A DNA stretch of 64,000 nt from positions 54,808,001 to 54,872,000 of the forward strand of contig OZ076418.1 in assembly GCA_964187785.1 (NCBI GenBank), given 5' to 3'. Positions 58,086 to 64,000 of the stretch are shown here, piece after piece (position 1 is the stretch's first letter; each line of letters begins with the position of its first letter). A program made the position numbers and the translations under genes. The notes beneath the pieces were generated by a model, which was not told the DNA's origin, did no database searches, and was given only the letters and a program-made list of their open reading frames with translations. The stretch comes from Amphiscolops sp. MND2022. Its lineage: Eukaryota.

Positions 58086-60097
58086 GTTTGTGAAGTGCTC
58101 TATTGTCTTTTGACTTATTAAGATTTTTGATGTACGAGTTTATTCAAGAAAAGAAATATAAGTCTCAATTCACTTTCAATTTACTTTCTAAAGTAATTAT
58201 GCGAGTCCGATCAAGAATAATTATAAGCCTCAATTATAGTCTAATTCGTGAACTCTTAGTTCACTTTTCTTCTATTTTCTTGTTTGAAAACTAAAAGTAA
58301 TCTCGTACTTAAAATTTTCGCGACTGTGCCTTCCTACACTTCAACAAAAGCTGTCTCAGGTGTGAGTTCGGATGGAAGGACTTTATTTCTACGACCCGGG
58401 AGAAGAGTGTGTTTTGGTTCAGAAATATGTAAATTAAATCTGTTTTGGTTTATATTAAAGTTGTAATAAATGTCACTCATACAAAAGCAAAGTGCACAGA
58501 TCAGCATGAATAGAAAGAAAATAATTAAATCAAATCTAAAATCTATCTTTGAATAATACGAGTTAAGTTAGTTAGAAAGAAAGTAAGTTATTAAGTTGTT
58601 CTTGTGTTTTACCAGATCAAGAGGTGAAGCCTCTTTATAAGATGCAGCGATAGCTTGCAAGGTGTTTATAGTCCACTAATTGTCACGGACTGAAAAGAGC
58701 TACTTGCTTCTCTTGATTAAAGAACAACAGATTGTTGTACTGGTTTTATAGAGTGTGCTATACAGCTACTCTTTGTCTCAGATTGAGAACTGTTCGACTT
58801 GAAGAGTCAAACAAAAACTAAGTTATTTAAGTCTCTTATAACCCAGCTAAAGCTGTGGTTCTTGGTTTAGAGTCAGTATATCTACCAGACTTTGGTTTAG
58901 AGTCTACTATAAAGCAGAGACTATTCAATCTTTGTTAAACAAAGACGGTATGATAGCTTCTGTTCGAAGTCAAAAGTCAATTAGAACTCCAACGTAAGAG
59001 AAGGTTTGCTTTAACGATGAAAGCAGATTTTTGTTTTGTTTTAGATTGAAAATATTATAAGACTAAGACTTAGCTTGCCTTTACTTGAAGGCAGATTAGA
59101 AAATAGTTAAAGACTTTAATTGCTTCAATATGAAAGCAGAGTTGAAAAGCTTAAGACTTAATTTGTTTTGGCTCGAAAAATAAACTAAGATAAAATTGCT
59201 TCGCTTTGAAAGCGGATTGAAAATCGTCTAAGACAAGTTTGCTTTAACAAGAAAGCAGGCTTGACAAAATATTCTAAGTTAAAATTGCTTTGCTTTGAAA
59301 GCAGGCTGAAAATCGTCAAACATAAAATTGCTTTAACGAGAAAGCAGGCTTGACAAAATATTCTAAGTTAAAGTTGCTTTGATTTGAAAGCAGAGTGAAA
59401 ATCGTCTAAGTTAAGACTGAGCCAAGACTTGTAAAAATTTAAGAGTTGCTGTTTAAAGTTTAAGTTAAGAAAAAGAAAAGACTTAGACAAAAAAACACTA
59501 AGACAAAATAAGTTAAAGTTAAAGCTGAGAAAATATCTTAGAAAAATGAAAGCTCCAAAAGAAAATTGAAATGGTTTAACTAACAGTTACTGCGCCGCGC
59601 TGATGAAGGGGATTGAACCCAAGAAGAAAGATTGAGAAGTAGGAGTGTTCGGATTGATCGATTTTGTATTATTCCAAAAGAAGAGCTCTGAGAGGTGAAA
59701 ATTTCGTCTGCTTTTATACTAAATTTGACCGCTTCGTCAACCAATAAAATTCAATCACAGTTGTGATTGGCTGACGAGCATGACGTCATATGACGTCAAG
59801 TCATATGACTATACAAACGAAAGTGTTTTGTATGTGTTATTCGCAGGCATAGTGTCCACGACAAAATGATGTCATTTGACGTCATGATCAAATAAGGAAT
59901 GTGTGCAGCGTCGCTGAACAAAGCGAGTGAACACGTTCGAGCGTGTTCAAAATTCAGAGCTGAGCGAGAAATTAATAAAGATAAACAGCGCAAGTTACAA
60001 AAGATAAAATTACATGTTACAAGTTTTAGAGTTTTATTCTTTTTGGATTTTGACGGTAAGTTTCTTTCTTTTTGTTTGCCATAAGTCGCACACGACA
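58085..60097 (-). repeat. 5' LTR (about 2013 bp)
   Basis: Direct repeat of 41560-43575, ending ...GTCGCACACGACA at 60097 on the plus strand. Confidence 0.97.
59712..59884 (-). promoter_or_regulatory. Probable U3 promoter: TATA box, CCAAT boxes and three TGACGTCA (CRE) palindromes (same in the 3' LTR at 43190-43362)
   Basis: Minus-strand TATAAAA at 59712-59718, CCAAT/ATTGG about 30-55 bp upstream, and TGACGTCA at 59781, 59791 and 59877. Confidence 0.6.
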
Positions 60098-61204
60098 TAT
60101 TACATTTGAGCTTATAGACGCATTTTGCCCGGACAAGAGTTGGTCTATAGTTATAACGAAACTTTGCGCTTCGATTAGATTAGCTTCGCTCGCCCCTTCA
60201 AGTTCAGGACTTCAAGTGACTAGGCTATGTAGGTTGAGTGTTTAGGCTCAAGGTAAAAAAGAAAGTGGAGCAACTGTATTTTCAGCATCCAAAACCAATG
60301 GTTCGTAGGCATCGCCTCGTGTTGGTTTGGATGAGTGCAATACACTCACTAAAAATTATAAAAAAAGAGTTGATGCAAGAGCAACTTCAATAACTCTAGT
60401 CAATAATTCGTAGGCTTCGCCTCGTGTTGACTGGGATGGATGTGGTTCTCCTATTCGACTCGCAAAAACGAAAATAAGCACACAAATGAAACGGGCTGAG
60501 AAACCCACAAAAAAACAAAAAAAAGTTGAAGCAAGTGTAAATTCACCCATCTAGCCAGCAGTTCGTGGGCTTCGTCTAACGTTGGCTTAGATGGATGTGT
60601 TTCTCTTGTTAGGCTCACAAAAAAACCAAAAAAGGGGGGCCTAGACAACTCCAATTAAGAAAACTTCAAAATATGTTGAAAAGGTTAAGGGGTTGACAAA
60701 AGACCAATGCATGACAACTCTTGAGTAGCAGCAAAACTTTTGAGTTGCTGCATGGCATGCAGAGTATCTTTGCCAAACTACAAAAAATAATGAGAAATTA
60801 CACAAACCATTCTGCCTAAAATAAAAAATTAAATGACATTAGATTAGATTAGAACTTAGAAAAAAGTGAAAAAGTAGGAGTCGGTCCAAATGCATCTGTA
60901 GACAATAGTTCGTAGGCTTCGCCTCGTGTTGGCTAGGTTGGTTTTGAAGCGCTTGTTCCACTTCAAAAAATACAAAAAATTGAATAAAACAAAAAAACTG
61001 AAAAACTCCAAAATCCAAAAATAGGAAAAGAAAGAGTCGGTGCAACTGCATCTTATTCATCTGAAGCCAGTGGTTTGTAGGCTTCGCCTCGTGTTGGCTT
61101 GGATGGCTTTGATGCTCTTGTCCACTGGCAAAAAAACGAAAAAATCCAAAATGAAAAATCGAACAAAAATGCAAATCCAAAAACTTTTTTTTGGGGCCCA
61201 GATA

Positions 61205-64000
61205 GCGGCCCTGGGTACTGATGGAAAAACTGGTTGCAAGAGCGCTGTCAATATTTTTTGTCTGACAAAAATATTCTTCTTTTTCCACCTCTTCAAATCC
61301 AAGGAGAGAAGCAAATGCAAGTCAAAATTACAAATTTGTTTGTCAAAGTAAAAGTTTTTCCTTGAAAGGAGTTTATTTTCTCATTGAAATGCCTACAATT
61401 TTGCAATTTCTTTACTCTTAGTTTTTTAGGATTCTTTGTTGCTACTCTCTGAAGTGATGAACCGATCAGAAGAATATCCGCTTGTTTGCCCGATGAATTG
61501 TCACATGTGCTTGGCACCTTGCCATGACGTTAAAACATTACAGAGACATCTACACGATGTTCATTTTTGGCCCGTTCACGGAACTTTTGTGCACCAGAGA
61601 AAGTGCCAACTACGTCACTTCTGTCAACAAAGCACGGACCACCAGCAATCTTCTAAAAAAGTTGATTTTCGAAACACTACTGGAATGTACTTTTCACTCA
61701 ACCAAAAAACATTGCACTTGCATTGATGTTGTTTTGGCAATCCTTTTTTGCTATCAAAATTCTACTTTTTGGCTATTTCGGATAACGAACGAAGTTGATT
61801 GTTCTGAAGTTTGAAGTGAACGTGTAAATTGTGCTTTTGATATATTCATTCAAAGATTGAAAATCAAACTTAGGTATCATTGATGGCATGAAATTTTCAA
61901 TGAAGTAAAATTACATTCCAACACAACAGTGTTCGTATATGACGAAGGACCATCAACATCGAAACGAAAACGTCCTTCCACAAATCAGTGAGGCCACACC
62001 GGCCCTGGGTACTGGTGGAAAAACTGGTTGCAAGAGCGCTATCAATATTTTTTGTCTGACAGAAAAATATTCTTCCTTTTCCATCTCTTCAAATCCAAGG
62101 AGAGAAGCAAATGCAAGTCAAAATTACAAATTTGTTTGTCAAAGTAAAAGTTTTTCCTTGAAAGGAGTTTATTTTCTCATTGAAATGCCTACAATTTTGC
62201 AATTTCTTTACTCTTAGTTTTTTAGGATTCTTTGTTGCTACTCTCTGAAGTGATGAACCGATCAGAATATCCGCTTGTTTGCCCGATGAATTGTCACATG
62301 TGCTTGGCACCTTGCCATGACGTTAAAACATTACAGAGACATCTACACGATGTTCATTTTTGGCCCGTTCACGGAACTTTTGTGCACCAGAGAAAGTGCC
62401 AACTACGTCACTTCTGTCAACAAAGCACGGACCACCAGCAATCTTCTAAAAAAGTTGATTTTCGAAACACTACTGGAATGTACTTTTCACTCAACCAAAA
62501 AACATTGCACTTGCATTGATGTTGTTTTGGCAATCCTTTTTTGCTATCAAAATTCTACTTTTTGGCTATTTCGGATAACGAACGAAGTTGATTGTTCTGA
62601 AGTATGAAGTGAACGTGTAAATTGTGCTTTTGATAAATTCATTCAAAGATTGAAAATCAAACTTAGGTATCATTGATGGCATGAAATTTTCAATGAAGTA
62701 AAATTACATTCCAACACAACAGTGTTCGTATATGACGAAGGACCATCAACATCGAAACGAAAACGTCCTTCCACAAATCAGTGAGGCCACACCGGCCCTG
62801 GGTACTGGTGGAAAAACTGGTTGCAAGAGCGCTATCAATATTTTTTGTCTGACAGAAAAATATTCTTCCTTTTCCATCTCTTCAAATCCAAGGAGAGAAG
62901 CAAATGCAAGTCAAAATCACAATTTTGTTTGTAAAAGTGAAAGTTTTTCCTTGAAAGGAGTTTATTTTCTCATTGAAATGCCTACAATTTTGCAATTTCT
63001 TTACACTTAGTTTTTTTAGGATTCTTTGTTGCTACTCTCTGAAGTGATGAACCGATCAGAAGAATATCCGCTAGTTTGCCCGATGAATTGTCCCATGTGC
63101 TTGGCACCTTTCAATGACGTTAAAATATTACAGAGACATCTACACGATGTTCATTTTTGGCCCGTTCACGGAACTTTCGTGCACCAGAGAAAACGCCAAC
63201 TATGTCACTCCTGTCAACAAAGCACGGACCACCAGCAATCTTCTAAAAAAATTGATTTTCGAAACACTACTGGAATGTACTTTTCACTCAACCAAAAAAC
63301 ATTGCACTTGCATTGATGTTGTTTTGGCAATCCTTTTTTGCTATCAAAATTCTTCTTTTTGGCGATTTCGGATAACGAAAGAAGTTGATTGTTCTGAAGT
63401 TTGAAGTGAACGTGTAAATTGTGCTTTTGATATATTCATTCAAAGATTGAAAATCAAACTTAGGTATCATTGATGGCATGAAATTTTCAATGAAGTAAAA
63501 TTACATTCCAACACAACAGTGTTCGTATATGACGAAGGACCATCAACATCGAAACGAAAACGTCCTTCCACAAATCAGTGAGGCCACACCGGCCCTGGGT
63601 ACTGGTGGAAAAACTGGTTGCAAGAGCGCTATCAATATTTTTTGTCTGACAGAAAAATATTCTTCCTTTTCCATCTCTTCAAATCCAAGGAGAGAAGCAA
63701 ATGCAAGTCAAAATCACAATTTTGTTTGTAAAAGTGAAAGTTTTTCCTTGAAAGGAGTTTATTTTCTCATTGAAATGCCTACGATTTTGCAATTTCTTTA
63801 CACTTAGTTTTTTTAGGATTCTTTGTTGCTACTCTCTGAAGTGATGAACCGATCAGAAGAATATCCGCTAGTTTGCCCGATGAATTGTCCCATGTGCTTG
63901 GCACCTTTCAATGACGTTAAAATATTACAGAGACATCTACACGATGTTCATTTTTGGCCCGTTCACGGAACTTTCGTGCACCAGAGAAAACGCCAACTAT
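61205..64000 (+). repeat. Tandem array 3 of ~793-bp C2H2 pseudogene units (runs off the window)
   Basis: ORF starts at 61436, 62232, 63026 and about 63819. Confidence 0.95.

Larger units (their letters stand above)
41560..60097 (-). mobile_element. Full-length env-containing Ty3/Gypsy (Metaviridae) LTR retroelement, about 18.5 kb, with accessory genes
   Basis: Two ~2-kb near-identical LTRs (TG...CA), a PBS, gag with a CCHC knuckle, pol in PR-RT-RH-IN order with a GPF module, a glycoprotein gene and several extra ORFs, all on the minus strand. Confidence 0.97.

Noticed and set aside
1-64000. Prokaryotic, prophage or CRISPR interpretation of the arrays
   Set aside because: Units are 0.8-1 kb with no short repeat/unique spacer alternation and no cas genes. 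All identifiable elements (Gypsy, CRE, Polinton, TRAF, SET) are eukaryotic.
1-64000. Uni-strand piRNA-cluster call
   Set aside because: The region is TE-dense, but element orientations are mixed and sequence alone cannot show piRNA production.

Overview
This is AT-rich eukaryotic (probably invertebrate) repeat-dense DNA, built almost entirely from nested mobile and viral elements. I recognise no intact host gene. Layout: (1) 1-7740, a tandem array of ~1.03-kb units, each a broken SGNH-hydrolase gene. (2) ~8240-10214, a frameshifted tyrosine-recombinase plus SET-domain gene. (3) 10629-21626, a non-autonomous Polinton/Maverick derivative (AGTAGT...ACTACT ends, 6-bp TAGATG TSD, penton-like and packaging-ATPase remnants). 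It is interrupted by a probable RNA-virus-derived 419-aa ORF joined to a CRE-like RT-RLE non-LTR retrotransposon. (4) Three arrays of ~793-bp units, each a dead C2H2 zinc-finger gene, nested in a larger repeated module. (5) The highlight, 41560-60097 on the minus strand: an 18.5-kb, near-intact, enveloped, 'complex-retrovirus-like' Ty3/Gypsy element with ~2-kb LTRs. It carries gag, a -1 frameshifted pol with a TARG1/OARD1-like macrodomain between protease and RT, three small accessory ORFs (two paralogous), a five-unit covarying structured array, a chuvirus/gB-like class III envelope gene, another unknown ORF and a captured TRAF-like (coiled-coil + MATH) gene. It is inserted without a normal target-site duplication. 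All family calls come from motif recognition by eye; no searches were run.
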